Part shown: in pieces, positions 46,959 through 56,362 of the stretch
How the letters are laid out: every line of letters begins with the position of its first letter
How positions within the stretch are numbered: position 1 is the stretch's first letter
NCBI GenBank assembly: GCA_020148055.1
Contig: JAHCRF010000001.1
Span: forward strand, 71,257 to 135,256
Length of the DNA stretch: 64,000 nucleotides
Direction: 5' to 3'
From: Patescibacteria group bacterium
GTDB lineage: Bacteria; Patescibacteriota; Minisyncoccia; Minisyncoccales; JAHCRE01
Notes under the pieces: generated by a model
Told to the model about the DNA's origin: nothing
Seen by the model: the letters and a program-made list of their open reading frames with translations, nothing else
The model's database searches: none
Position numbers and translations under genes: made by a program

Positions 46959-47306
46959 TCATTTTTTAGGAATAAAGAGAGGGAAGATAAGATTCAATCC
47001 CCAGATAATAACGCTAGTTAAAAAAAAGGGCAAAATTCCTGAAATTTTAAGTTTGGGAAAGATAAAAGTAACAATCCAGACCATTCCCATATTTATTACC
47101 AAACCAAAAAGGCCAAAGGTCAAAATTCTTAAAGGGAGAGTGATTATTTTCAAAATTGGTTTGATAAAAAAGTTAATTAAACCTAAAACTAGGCCAGCTA
47201 AAATTAAAATTTGCCAAGAATCGGCAAATTCCACCCCAGGTATGAACCGAATTGCTAGCCAGATTCCTAAGATGCCGGCAATAATTTGGAGGATTAAACG
47301 TTTCAC
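46959..47306 (-). CDS. 4-TM membrane protein of the 'phage holin family IV'/YvlD-like family
   Basis: 115 aa. LGLINFFIKPILKIITLPLRILTFGLFGLVIN is typical of the family. There is no phage context. Confidence 0.6.
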   Translation of the reverse strand: MKRLILQIIAGILGIWLAIRFIPGVEFADSWQILILAGLVLGLINFFIKPILKIITLPLRILTFGLFGLVINMGMVWIVTFIFPKLKISGILPFFLTSVIIWGLNLIFPLFIPKK

Positions 47307-47327
47307 AATATTGAAGATAGCAGATAT

Positions 47328-48803
47328 TTAATTCCTAGTCAACATTTTTTCCTTTCTCAATTTCCTATGATAAGAAATCGCAAATCGGTGAGCCTCGTCA
47401 CGTAATTGCAAAATTAAATTGAAAATTTCTCTTGGTAAGTTTTTCAGAAAAATCGGCCTTTTTCGATTCTCAATGTATAGTTTATTTCCCTTTTTAGCTA
47501 AACTTGCAACTATTATCTTTTTTTTGCTTTTTGCTTTTTGCTTTTTGATTTTGAGGGCAGCGTTAAGTTGCGTGATTCCCCCATCAATTAAGACCAAATC
47601 TGGCCAGCCCCATTCAGGATGTTGCAATCTCCGAGATAAAATTTCTTTTATCATTGCTATATCACTCGGTCTGCCAGAAATCTTGATTTTAAATTTTCGA
47701 TAAAATTCTTTAGCTGCCTGGCCTCTAATAAATGTCACCATGGCACCTACAGCTAATTTTCCAGAAATATTTGAAATATCATAGGCTTCAATTCTTTTTA
47801 TCTTCTTTTCGGTTTTTAAAATTTTCTTTAAAATTTTTTGAATTTGGGGCCAGTCCAAAATTTTTGCCTGCTTGCCAGGATCTGTGACTTCAAGCGCTGG
47901 CAGGCGGGCATTAAGGATTACCTTTTCTAAGGAAAATATTTTATCCCTAATTTTGGCTGCTTTTTCAAAATTTTGCAAATCAGCTGCTCTTTTCATTTCT
48001 TTTTTTAAATTTCTTAAGACCTGATTTCTTTTTCCTTGGAGAATTTTGAGAAGATTTCTGGCGTTCCTTTGACACTCCTTTTTAATTTTTTCTCTTAGCC
48101 CAGGAATTTGAGAACTAAGTTTTGCTCCCCCCCTAGGGTCGCCGTAAGGCGACTCCTTCAGGGATTTTAATAGGCAAGGAGCTGGACAACGACCCAATTG
48201 ATACCAGAGACAAGGTCTTTTTGGCAAGATTTTGCAGGTTCTGTAAGGGAGAGCTTTCCTTAAAATTTTTAGAGTTTGTTTTAAAGCTTTACCATCAACA
48301 AACGGACCAATAAACTGGAATTTAGAATTATGAATTATGAATGATGAATTATAAGGTTTTTTCTTTTTTGTTCTTGATTCTTGATTCCTGACTCTTGATT
48401 CCCAAAATGGTTGGTGGGTCAAGAATACTCTTGGAAAGCCCTCTTTAGCTATTCCAACATAAAAATAATTTTTGTCATCTCGCCAAACAACATTATATTT
48501 TGGTAGAAATTTTTTTATTAAATTTGCCTCCAGAATTAAAGCCTCGATTTCTGAATCAGCTTTGATAAAACCTATTTTTTTGGTTTTATCTAGAAAAATA
48601 CTTTCTTTGAAACCGGGTTGTTGAAAATGATTTTTAACTCGCTTTCGAATATTTGAAGCTTTGCCAATGTATAAAATTTTCCTTTCTTTGAAGCAATAAA
48701 CCCCCGGCTTTTTAGGAAGTTTTTTAACCCCCTCCTTTTTTAAAAATTTAAATTTTTTCACGTTCGGTAATCCGATTTTAACTTGAAATTGATAATTTTT
48801 CAA
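47328..48803 (-). CDS. uvrC: excinuclease ABC subunit C
   Basis: GIY-YIG N-terminus (PGVYCF..ILYIGKA..), UvrBC domain, RNase H-like endonuclease domain and a C-terminal HhH region. Interrupted in frame by four repeat inserts. Confidence 0.9.
   Translation of the reverse strand: MKNYQFQVKIGLPNVKKFKFLKKEGVKKLPKKPGVYCFKERKILYIGKASNIRKRVKNHFQQPGFKESIFLDKTKKIGFIKADSEIEALILEANLIKKFLPKYNVVWRDDKNYFYVGIAKEGFPRVFLTHQPFWESRVRNQESRTKKKKPYNSSFIIHNSKFQFIGPFVDGKALKQTLKILRKALPYRTCKILPKRPCLWYQLGRCPAPCLLKSLKESPYGDPRGGAKLSSQIPGLREKIKKECQRNARNLLKILQGKRNQVLRNLKKEMKRAADLQNFEKAAKIRDKIFSLEKVILNARLPALEVTDPGKQAKILDWPQIQKILKKILKTEKKIKRIEAYDISNISGKLAVGAMVTFIRGQAAKEFYRKFKIKISGRPSDIAMIKEILSRRLQHPEWGWPDLVLIDGGITQLNAALKIKKQKAKSKKKIIVASLAKKGNKLYIENRKRPIFLKNLPREIFNLILQLRDEAHRFAISYHRKLRKEKMLTRN
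47531..47565. repeat. five-heptamer array (tttttgc x3, tttttga, ttttgag) inside uvrC
   Basis: Direct reading. Encodes ..KIKKQKAKSKKKI... Reverse complement of the rpoC array family. Confidence 0.85.
47866..47909 (+). repeat. 13-bp GC hairpin insert in uvrC (gcctgcttgccag-N18-ctggcaggcgggc)
   Basis: Direct reading. Two of the 13 pairs are G:T, which is only tolerated if the plus strand folds. Shares caggcgggca with family B. Confidence 0.65.
48125..48163 (+). repeat. element family E, copy 2 (gtcgcc-gtaa-ggcgac hairpin at 48138-48153), in frame in uvrC
   Basis: Perfect 6-bp stem with a GNRA-type loop. Encodes ..KESPYGDPRGGAK... Related to 5620-5649. Confidence 0.7.
48315..48401. repeat. complete 87-nt composite palindrome ('gaat/attc' family) inserted in frame in uvrC
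   Basis: ctggaat ttagaat tatgaat tatgaat gatgaat, then a 17-nt core, then ttttgtt cttgatt cttgatt cctgact cttgatt. 35+17+35 = 87 nt = 29 codons (..ESRVRNQESRTKKKKPYNSSFIIHNSKFQ..). Confidence 0.85.
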
Positions 48804-48864
48804 CCAGATTTGTTAGATAGAGGGTTTGTTGAAATTCTTTGAAATTTTGGGTATAATAACTTTT

Positions 48865-49698
48865 ATGAAAGAAAAAGTTATTAAAATCCGTGGAGCCAAA
48901 GTTCACAATTTAAAAAATATTAATCTTGATATCCCAAAAAACAAACTGGTAGTGATTACTGGGATTTCAGGTTCAGGAAAATCATCTTTGGCCTTTGATA
49001 CATTATATGCTGAAGGACAAAGAAGATATGTTGAGAGTTTATCTGCTTATGCAAGGCAATTTTTAGGAGTGATGGATAAACCAGAGGTTGACAAAATTGA
49101 AGGAATTTCACCTGCAATTTCAATTGACCAAAGAAAAGCAGCTCACAATCCACGCTCCACTGTTGGAACCATTACTGAAATTGCAGATTACTTAAGATTA
49201 TTATTCGCTAGGATAGGGAAGCCCCATTGTCCAAAATGTAAAAAAACAGTTAGCCGTCAGACCATCGATCAAATTACTGATCAGGTTTTGAAATTGCCAA
49301 AAAGAACAGAAATTTCGATTTTGGGTCCAGTTGTTAGAGGTCGAAAAGGAGAGCATCGGGGAATTTTAGAAGAGATTCAAAGATCAGGATTTATCCGAGT
49401 GAGAATTGATGGGATTTTACACCGAATTGAAGACTACAACCCACCCACCATGTCCTCCCACTCGCTTCGCGAGCGGGCCCCTACTCTAGGGCTGAAGTTA
49501 GACCGAAAGAAAAAACACAATATTGAGGTTGTTGTTGATAGATTAATAATTGATAAAGACTTGGATAGATCAAGGTTGGTTGATTCTCTGGAAACAGGCC
49601 TAAAGTTGGGAAAAGGAATAGTAATAGTAACTCAAAAAGCTTCCCCAGCCCCACCCGCCACCCATCAAAGGAAAAAAACATCTAAGGCAAAAATCTAA
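48865..49698 (+). CDS. uvrA: excinuclease ABC subunit A, N-terminal fragment; the frame ends at TAA inside or just after repeat element C
   Basis: [47 protein letters not shown]... TATAAT (48852-48857) lies 7 nt upstream of the ATG. Confidence 0.85.
   Translation: MKEKVIKIRGAKVHNLKNINLDIPKNKLVVITGISGSGKSSLAFDTLYAEGQRRYVESLSAYARQFLGVMDKPEVDKIEGISPAISIDQRKAAHNPRSTVGTITEIADYLRLLFARIGKPHCPKCKKTVSRQTIDQITDQVLKLPKRTEISILGPVVRGRKGEHRGILEEIQRSGFIRVRIDGILHRIEDYNPPTMSSHSLRERAPTLGLKLDRKKKHNIEVVVDRLIIDKDLDRSRLVDSLETGLKLGKGIVIVTQKASPAPPATHQRKKTSKAKI
49435..49492 (+). repeat. GC-rich insert D in uvrA (hairpin cccactcgc-ttc-gcgagcggg at 49457-49477)
   Basis: GC island encoding ..[19 protein letters not shown].. 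between conserved RIDG and [13 protein letters not shown]. Shares gcgggcccct with the reverse complement of element A copy 1. Confidence 0.65.
49629..49693 (+). repeat. element family C, copy 2; coincides with the frame break in uvrA
   Basis: Identical over 65 nt to 31037-31101. Confidence 0.95.
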
Positions 49699-51799
49699 TG
49701 ACTTAATATTCAGCGAGTATTTTGCCTGCGAGGAATGTGGGATTTCTCTTCCAGAATTAGAGCCTCGGCTTTTTTCATTTAATTCTCCTTATGGGGCCTG
49801 TTCAGCCTGCCAGGGGCTTGGAGAAAAATTAGAAATCGATCCAAAATCAGTTTTACCCAATCCAAATTTATCGATTTCTGAAGGAGCAATTTTTCCCTGG
49901 GCTCATGCCTCTCATAAAGTTGGCAGGCAGGGTTATTTTTGGTGGCAGTTCACCCACTTGGCAGAAAAGTATAACTTCTCCTTAGATGTCCCGGTTAAAG
50001 AACTTCCCAAAAAGATCATTGATTTAATTTTATATGGTAATGGCCAATTTGAGGGAGTAGTTCCCAATTTGGAAAGGAGATATCACGAAACTGATTCAGA
50101 ATATACCCGTAAGGAAATTGAGCAGTATATGATAAAAAAGAGATGTGAAAAATGTCAGGGAAAAAGATTAAGGCCTGAAGCCTTGGCAGTGACTGTGATA
50201 AAAAAATCAATAAATGAAATCGTTGAAATTTCAATAGAAAAAGAAAAAAGATTTTTCGAGAATTTACTACTAAATCCTAAATCCTATAACCTAAATCCTA
50301 ATGACTACAAAATTGCCCAACCAATTGTTAAGGAAATCATTAAGCGATTACAATTTCTAATTGATGTTGGTTTAGATTATTTAACCTTAGATCGGAAGAC
50401 AGAAACTTTATCGGCTGGGGAAGAGCAGAGAATAAGATTGGCTACTCAGTTAGGTTCTCAATTAACCGGAGTTTTATACATTTTGGATGAACCTTCAATT
50501 GGTCTTCATGCTAGAGATCAGGGTAGGCTCATCGAAACCTTAAATAAGTTAAGGGATTTGGGCAATACCGTTATTGTTGTTGAACATGATCCTCAGACAA
50601 TCATGGCTGCTGACTGGGTGATCGATATAGGGCCAGGAGCGGGGAAACACGGTGGCAAAATTATATTTAAGGGAACACCAAAAGAATTACTGAGATCAAA
50701 GACACTTACTGGAGATTATTTAGCTGGAAGAAAGAAAGTTGAGATAAAAGCAACCAGCAACAAGCAACCTGCCTCGCCGACAGGCGGGCAAGCAACCAAG
50801 AATAATTATCTAATAATAAAGAAAGCGGCTGAGCACAATCTCAAAAATATTGATGTTAAAATTCCTTTGGGAAAATTTGTCTGCATTACTGGAGTTTCGG
50901 GTTCGGGCAAAAGTTCTCTAATGAATGATATTTTAGCTAAAGCCCTGATGAGGAAATTTTACAAAGCCAAAGAGGAACCGGGAGAATTTAAAGAATTAAT
51001 TGGAACAGAATTTTTGGATAAAGTGGTTTTAGTGGATCAGTCTCCAATTGGCCGAACCCCCAGATCAAATCCGGCAACTTATACCGGAGTTTTTTCTTAT
51101 ATCAGAGATCTTTTTTCAAAAACCAGAGAGGCCAGAATTAGGGGGTATCGGCCAGGACGTTTCAGTTTTAATGTTAAGGGAGGAAGATGTGAAGTATGTC
51201 AAGGTCAGGGTCAAATCAAAATCGAGATGTACTTTTTGCCTGATATTTATATTGAGTGCCAGGAATGTAAGGGGAAAAGGTTCAACAAAGAAACCTTGGC
51301 TATTGAATATAAAGGAAAGAATATTGCTGAGGTTTTAGAAATGACAGTTGAAGAAGCCCTAAAATTTTTCATAAATATTCCCGGTATCTATCATAAATTA
51401 AAAACTTTGTATGATGTTGGTTTAGGCTATATTCAATTGGGCCAGCCAGCCCCTTCTTTGTCTGGAGGGGAGGCCCAGAGAGTGAAATTAGCTACTGAAC
51501 TTTCTAAAAGGGCTACGGGAAAGACTTTATATATTTTAGATGAACCAACCACTGGTTTGCATCCCGATGATATTAAAAAATTAGTTTGGGTTTTGAGAAA
51601 TCTGGTAGATAAAGGAAATACGGTTTTATTAACTGAACATAACATCGATATCATCCGCAATTCAGATTGGATAATAGATTTAGGACCGGAAGGTGGAGAT
51701 GAAGGCGGCGATATTATTGCAATAGGTACTCCATTTGAAATTACAAAAAACAAAAAAAGTTATACCGGACACTATTTAAAACAAGTTTTTAAATCTTGA
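49631..51799 (+). CDS. uvrA: excinuclease ABC subunit A, remainder of the gene in the +1 frame (open from 49631; UvrA homology resumes about 49700)
   Basis: [41 protein letters not shown]... and a second ABC module, [10 protein letters not shown]...[12 protein letters not shown]...[12 protein letters not shown]. The track only lists it from 49958. Confidence 0.85.
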   Translation, partial: LKKLPQPHPPPIKGKKHLRQKSNDLIFSEYFACEECGISLPELEPRLFSFNSPYGACSACQGLGEKLEIDPKSVLPNPNLSISEGAIFPWAHASHKVGRQGYFWWQFTHLAEKYNFSLDVPVKELPKKIIDLILYGNGQFEGVVPNLERRYHETDSEYTRKEIEQYMIKKRCEKCQGKRLRPEALAVTVIKKSINEIVEISIEKEKRFFENLLLNPKSYNLNPNDYKIAQPIVKEIIKRLQFLIDVGLDYLTLDRKTETLSAGEEQRIRLATQLGSQLTGVLYILDEPSIGLHARDQGRLIETLNKLRDLGNTVIVVEHDPQTIMAADWVIDIGPGAGKHGGKIIFKGTPKELLRSKTLTGDYLAGRKKVEIKATSNKQPASPTGGQATKNNYLIIKKAAEHNLKNIDVKIPLGKFVCITGVSGSGKSSLMNDILAKALMRKFYKAKEEPGEFKELIGTEFLDKVVLVDQSPIGRTPRSNPATYTGVFSYIRDLFSKTREARIRGYRPGRFSFNVKGGRCEVCQGQGQIKIEMYFLPDIYIECQECKGKRFNKETLAIEYKGKNIAEVLEMTVEEALKFFINIPGIYHKLKTLYDVGLGYIQLGQPAPSLSGGEAQRVKLATELSKRATGKTLYILDEPTTGLHPDDIKKLVWVLRNLVDKGNTVLLTEHNIDIIRNSDWIIDLGPEGGDEGGDIIAIGTPFEITKNKKSYTGHYLKQVFKS
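50271..50305. repeat. five-heptamer array (taaatcc taaatcc tataacc taaatcc taatgac) inside uvrA
   Basis: Direct reading. Encodes ..[15 protein letters not shown]... Confidence 0.85.
50750..50807 (+). repeat. element family B, copy 2, in frame in uvrA
   Basis: gcaaccagcaacaagcaacctgcctcgccgacaggcgggcaagcaaccaagaataatt. Encodes [17 protein letters not shown]. Confidence 0.9.
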
Positions 51800-51829
51800 C
51801 CCCTACCACCAATTTTATTGGTGTGAGGG

Positions 51830-51857
51830 TTGACAAATGCTCTATATTTTCTAAAAT
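51830..51857 (+). promoter_or_regulatory. groESL promoter: GGTGTGAGGG-TTGACA-16-TAAAAT
   Basis: Same module as upstream of rpoB. The -10 is bracketed by the 9-bp inverted repeat tctatattt (51841-51849) / aaatataga (51860-51868). Confidence 0.55.
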
Positions 51858-51869
51858 CTAAATATAGAA

Positions 51870-51896
51870 TTAGCAATTAAAGATTAAAACTGCTAA
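51870..51896 (+). promoter_or_regulatory. degenerate CIRCE-like inverted repeat (TTAGCAatt-N9-aacTGCTAA)
   Basis: The outer hexamers and the 9-nt spacer match the HrcA operator consensus TTAGCACTC-N9-GAGTGCTAA. The inner triplets do not. Confidence 0.5.
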
Positions 51897-51919
51897 AACA
51901 GTTTATAGAAGCAAAACGT

Positions 51920-52210
51920 ATGAAAATAAAACCCTTATCTAATCACATTCTTATTGAGCCAATGAGGCAAGAGGAGAAAACTAAAACCGGAATTTTACTT
52001 CCGGAAACAGCTGAGAAGGAAAAACCAGAGCAAGGAAAAGTAATTGCTGTAGGGCCAGGAAGAAAAACGGATTCAGGTAAAATCATTCCTTTGGAAGTAA
52101 AAAAGGGGGATATTATCCTCTTTACTAAATACGGACCAACAGAAATCAAAATTAATGGTAAAGAATATTTAATTGCTAAGGAAGAAGATATCCTGGCAAT
52201 ACTTGAATAA
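51920..52210 (+). CDS. groES: co-chaperonin GroES
   Basis: 96 aa. [37 protein letters not shown]. Confidence 0.95.
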   Translation: [96 protein letters not shown]

Positions 52211-54010
<1,800 letters not shown>

Positions 54011-54033
54011 ACCCGCATATTATGTATCGGTTA

Positions 54034-54059
54034 AAAAGTGTCTAAAAGGGACACTTTTT
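54034..54059 (+). terminator. intrinsic terminator after groEL (aaaagtgtc-taaaagg-gacactttt)
   Basis: 9-bp stem including the A/T extension, plus a T-run. Confidence 0.7.
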
Positions 54060-54060
54060 A

Positions 54061-54089
54061 TTGCCAGGGGTAAGACTTTAATTTATAAT
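54061..54089 (+). promoter_or_regulatory. sigma-70-type promoter TTGCCA-17-TATAAT for lemA-htpX
   Basis: Motifs and spacing read directly. Confidence 0.55.
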
Positions 54090-54204
54090 AAAATAGTTAC
54101 CTGCTCGCTCCGCCTTGCCTGCCCGACATGACCAGTCTCTGGCAAATGAACGAAGCAAAGCGGGGCAAGGGGGGAAAGGTCGTAAAATTAAAGGAGTTAA
54201 AATT

Positions 54205-54759
54205 ATGATAAACCTAATTTATATCTTATTAATAATAGCAGCTTTTATCATTTTATGGCTGATTTTCACCTATAATCGTCTAATTACTTTAAAGAATCGA
54301 GCCAAAGAGGCCTGGGCCGATATTGATGTTCAATTAAAAAGAAGATATAATTTAATCCCCAATTTAGTTGAAACAGTTAAAGGTTATGCTGCTCATGAAA
54401 GAGCGGTTTTTGAAAAAGTGACTGAGGCAAGAGCAAGAGCAATGGGAGCTAAGACGGTGAAGGAGCATTCTGAAGCGGAAAATTTTCTTTCTGAAACATT
54501 AAAGACCCTTTTTGCGGTGGCTGAAAATTATCCTCAATTGCGGGCTTCAGAAAATTTTCTGGAATTGCAAAGAGAGCTAAGAGATACCGAAGATAAAATC
54601 CAGGCGGCTAGAAGATTTTATAATGGAAATGCTAGAGATTTAAATATTAAAATTGAAAGTTTCCCGGCCAATATTGTTGCTCAAATTTTTCGTTTTGCGA
54701 AAATGGATTTCTTTGAGATAGAGGGGGCGGCCAGAGAACCGGTATCTGTGAAGTTTTAA
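54205..54759 (+). CDS. lemA: LemA family membrane protein
   Basis: Start moved to ATG 54205 (AAAGGAG 8 nt upstream). One TM, then YNRLITLKNRAKEAWADIDVQLKRRYNLIPNLVE. Confidence 0.88.
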   Translation: MINLIYILLIIAAFIILWLIFTYNRLITLKNRAKEAWADIDVQLKRRYNLIPNLVETVKGYAAHERAVFEKVTEARARAMGAKTVKEHSEAENFLSETLKTLFAVAENYPQLRASENFLELQRELRDTEDKIQAARRFYNGNARDLNIKIESFPANIVAQIFRFAKMDFFEIEGAAREPVSVKF

Positions 54760-54827
54760 AAGTTGACTAAGAGTATCAAGAGATTAAGAAATAAACTTAA
54801 TCTCTCAATCAACTTAATATCTTAATA

Positions 54828-55733
54828 ATGACTCTCTATACTCTAGCTGAATCGAATATCCGGAAGACCTGGTTTTATTTAATGTTCTTTTTTTGTTTTA
54901 TTATTTTTCTTGGTTGGATTATTTCTTATTTTCTTCAAAATTGGGGAATTTTCTGGGTTGCTTTAATTCTTGGTATTCTGATGAACTTTGCCAGTTTCTG
55001 GTATTCTGACAAGATTGTTCTGGCAATGGCAAAAGCTAAAAAAATTGAGAAAAGAGATAACCCCGAGCTATATCGAATTGTTGAAAATCTTTGTATCACA
55101 GCTGGCTTGCCGTTACCTAAAATTTACATTATAAATGAGCAGCAACCAAATGCCTTTGCCACTGGCAGGGATCCAAAAAGGGCAGCAATCGCTGTGACTC
55201 AAGGACTAATTGATAAGTTAGATAGAGTGGAATTGGAAGGGGTTCTTGGTCATGAATTAGCCCATATCGGAAATCGAGATATGTTATTGGCAACTGCAAT
55301 TGTGGTTTTAGTTGGGATGGTAGTTTTGATGACTGATTTTTTCTTTCGGATTTCCTTTTGGGGAGGGGGTTCTCGGCGTCGGAGAGAAGGTCGGAGAGAA
55401 GGGGGCTCAATTTTAGGATTAATTGCCTTGATTTTGGCAATTTTTGCTCCTTTATTTGCTACTTTAATAAAACTGGCTATTTCCAGAAAAAGAGAATTTT
55501 TAGCTGATGTTTCAGGAGCCCTTTTAACCAGATATCCTGAAGGATTAGCTAGGGCTTTGGAAAAAATTTCTCGAGACCCGAGACCATTGAGAGCAGCTAA
55601 TGATGCAACTTGCCATTTATATATTGTTAATCCCTTTCGCAGTCAAGAAAGAAAATCCTGGCTTCATAAACTTTTTATGACCCATCCACCAGTTGAGGAA
55701 AGGATTCGGGCTTTGAGAGGAATGAGAATGTAA
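54828..55733 (+). CDS. htpX: M48-family zinc metalloprotease HtpX
   Basis: HELAHIGNRD (HExxH), 4 TMs, and a Gly/Arg-rich loop. Confidence 0.9.
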   Translation: MTLYTLAESNIRKTWFYLMFFFCFIIFLGWIISYFLQNWGIFWVALILGILMNFASFWYSDKIVLAMAKAKKIEKRDNPELYRIVENLCITAGLPLPKIYIINEQQPNAFATGRDPKRAAIAVTQGLIDKLDRVELEGVLGHELAHIGNRDMLLATAIVVLVGMVVLMTDFFFRISFWGGGSRRRREGRREGGSILGLIALILAIFAPLFATLIKLAISRKREFLADVSGALLTRYPEGLARALEKISRDPRPLRAANDATCHLYIVNPFRSQERKSWLHKLFMTHPPVEERIRALRGMRM

Positions 55734-55760
55734 TTTTAAATTTTTAAATTTTCAATCATC

Positions 55761-56291
55761 ATGCTTTGCCCTATTTGTAAAAAAGAATTGGAAGAGTCCA
55801 TTTTTTATAATGTTGAAGTTGATTATTGCCCAAATTGTCTTGGTCTTTGGTTTGAGGAAAATGAATTAAGATTAGCCAAAGATGAAAAGGATGAAAATCT
55901 AAAATGGTTAGATATTGATTTATGGAAAGATGGGAAAAGATTTAAAATTTATCTTGGAGAGAGACTTTGTCCTTTCTGTAGACTTCCTCTTTATGAAGTT
56001 TATTATGGTGATTCTCGGGTGATTGTTGATTTTTGTAGTTTATGCCGGGGAATTTGGTTGGATAGAGGAGAATTCAAAAGAATAATTAAATATTTAAAAG
56101 AGAAAGCTGATTTTGAAATTTTAAATAATTACGCTAAAAACTTACTTGAAGAGGCGGCCGAAATCTTTATTGGCTCAGAGACTTTACGAGAAGAAATTTT
56201 AGATTTCCTAACCATTTTAAAACTTCTGAATTATAAATTTGCTACTCAATATCCAACAATAACAAGGATGATTTCTAATTTACCCCGTTAG
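55761..56291 (+). CDS. zinc-ribbon (zf-TFIIB-like) protein with two CxxC...CxxC units
   Basis: CPICK..CPNCLGLWFEENEL and CPFCR..CSLCRGIWLDRGEF. Confidence 0.6.
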   Translation: MLCPICKKELEESIFYNVEVDYCPNCLGLWFEENELRLAKDEKDENLKWLDIDLWKDGKRFKIYLGERLCPFCRLPLYEVYYGDSRVIVDFCSLCRGIWLDRGEFKRIIKYLKEKADFEILNNYAKNLLEEAAEIFIGSETLREEILDFLTILKLLNYKFATQYPTITRMISNLPR

Positions 56292-56362
56292 AAATGTAGG
56301 AGAAAATAGACTAAAGGGAATACCCCATTGGAATTTCTAACGGGGTTTACCTAAATAAAAAA

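Noticed and set aside
46959-47306. Holin-family membrane protein as evidence of a prophage
   Set aside because: There are no phage structural, integrase or lysin genes nearby. This family is common as a chromosomal membrane protein.
49699-49957. Apparent 260-nt gap between the two uvrA track ORFs as an intergenic region
   Set aside because: The +1 frame is open throughout and encodes the conserved UvrA zinc-finger segment (FACEECG...[13 protein letters not shown]). The track simply started at the first Met/Leu start codon.
55340-55410. HtpX GC-rich Gly/Arg loop as another copy of the mobile GC elements
   Set aside because: A Gly/Arg-rich loop is normal at this position in HtpX-type M48 proteases. 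The sequence is a simple 12-nt duplication with no hairpin and no similarity to families A-E.
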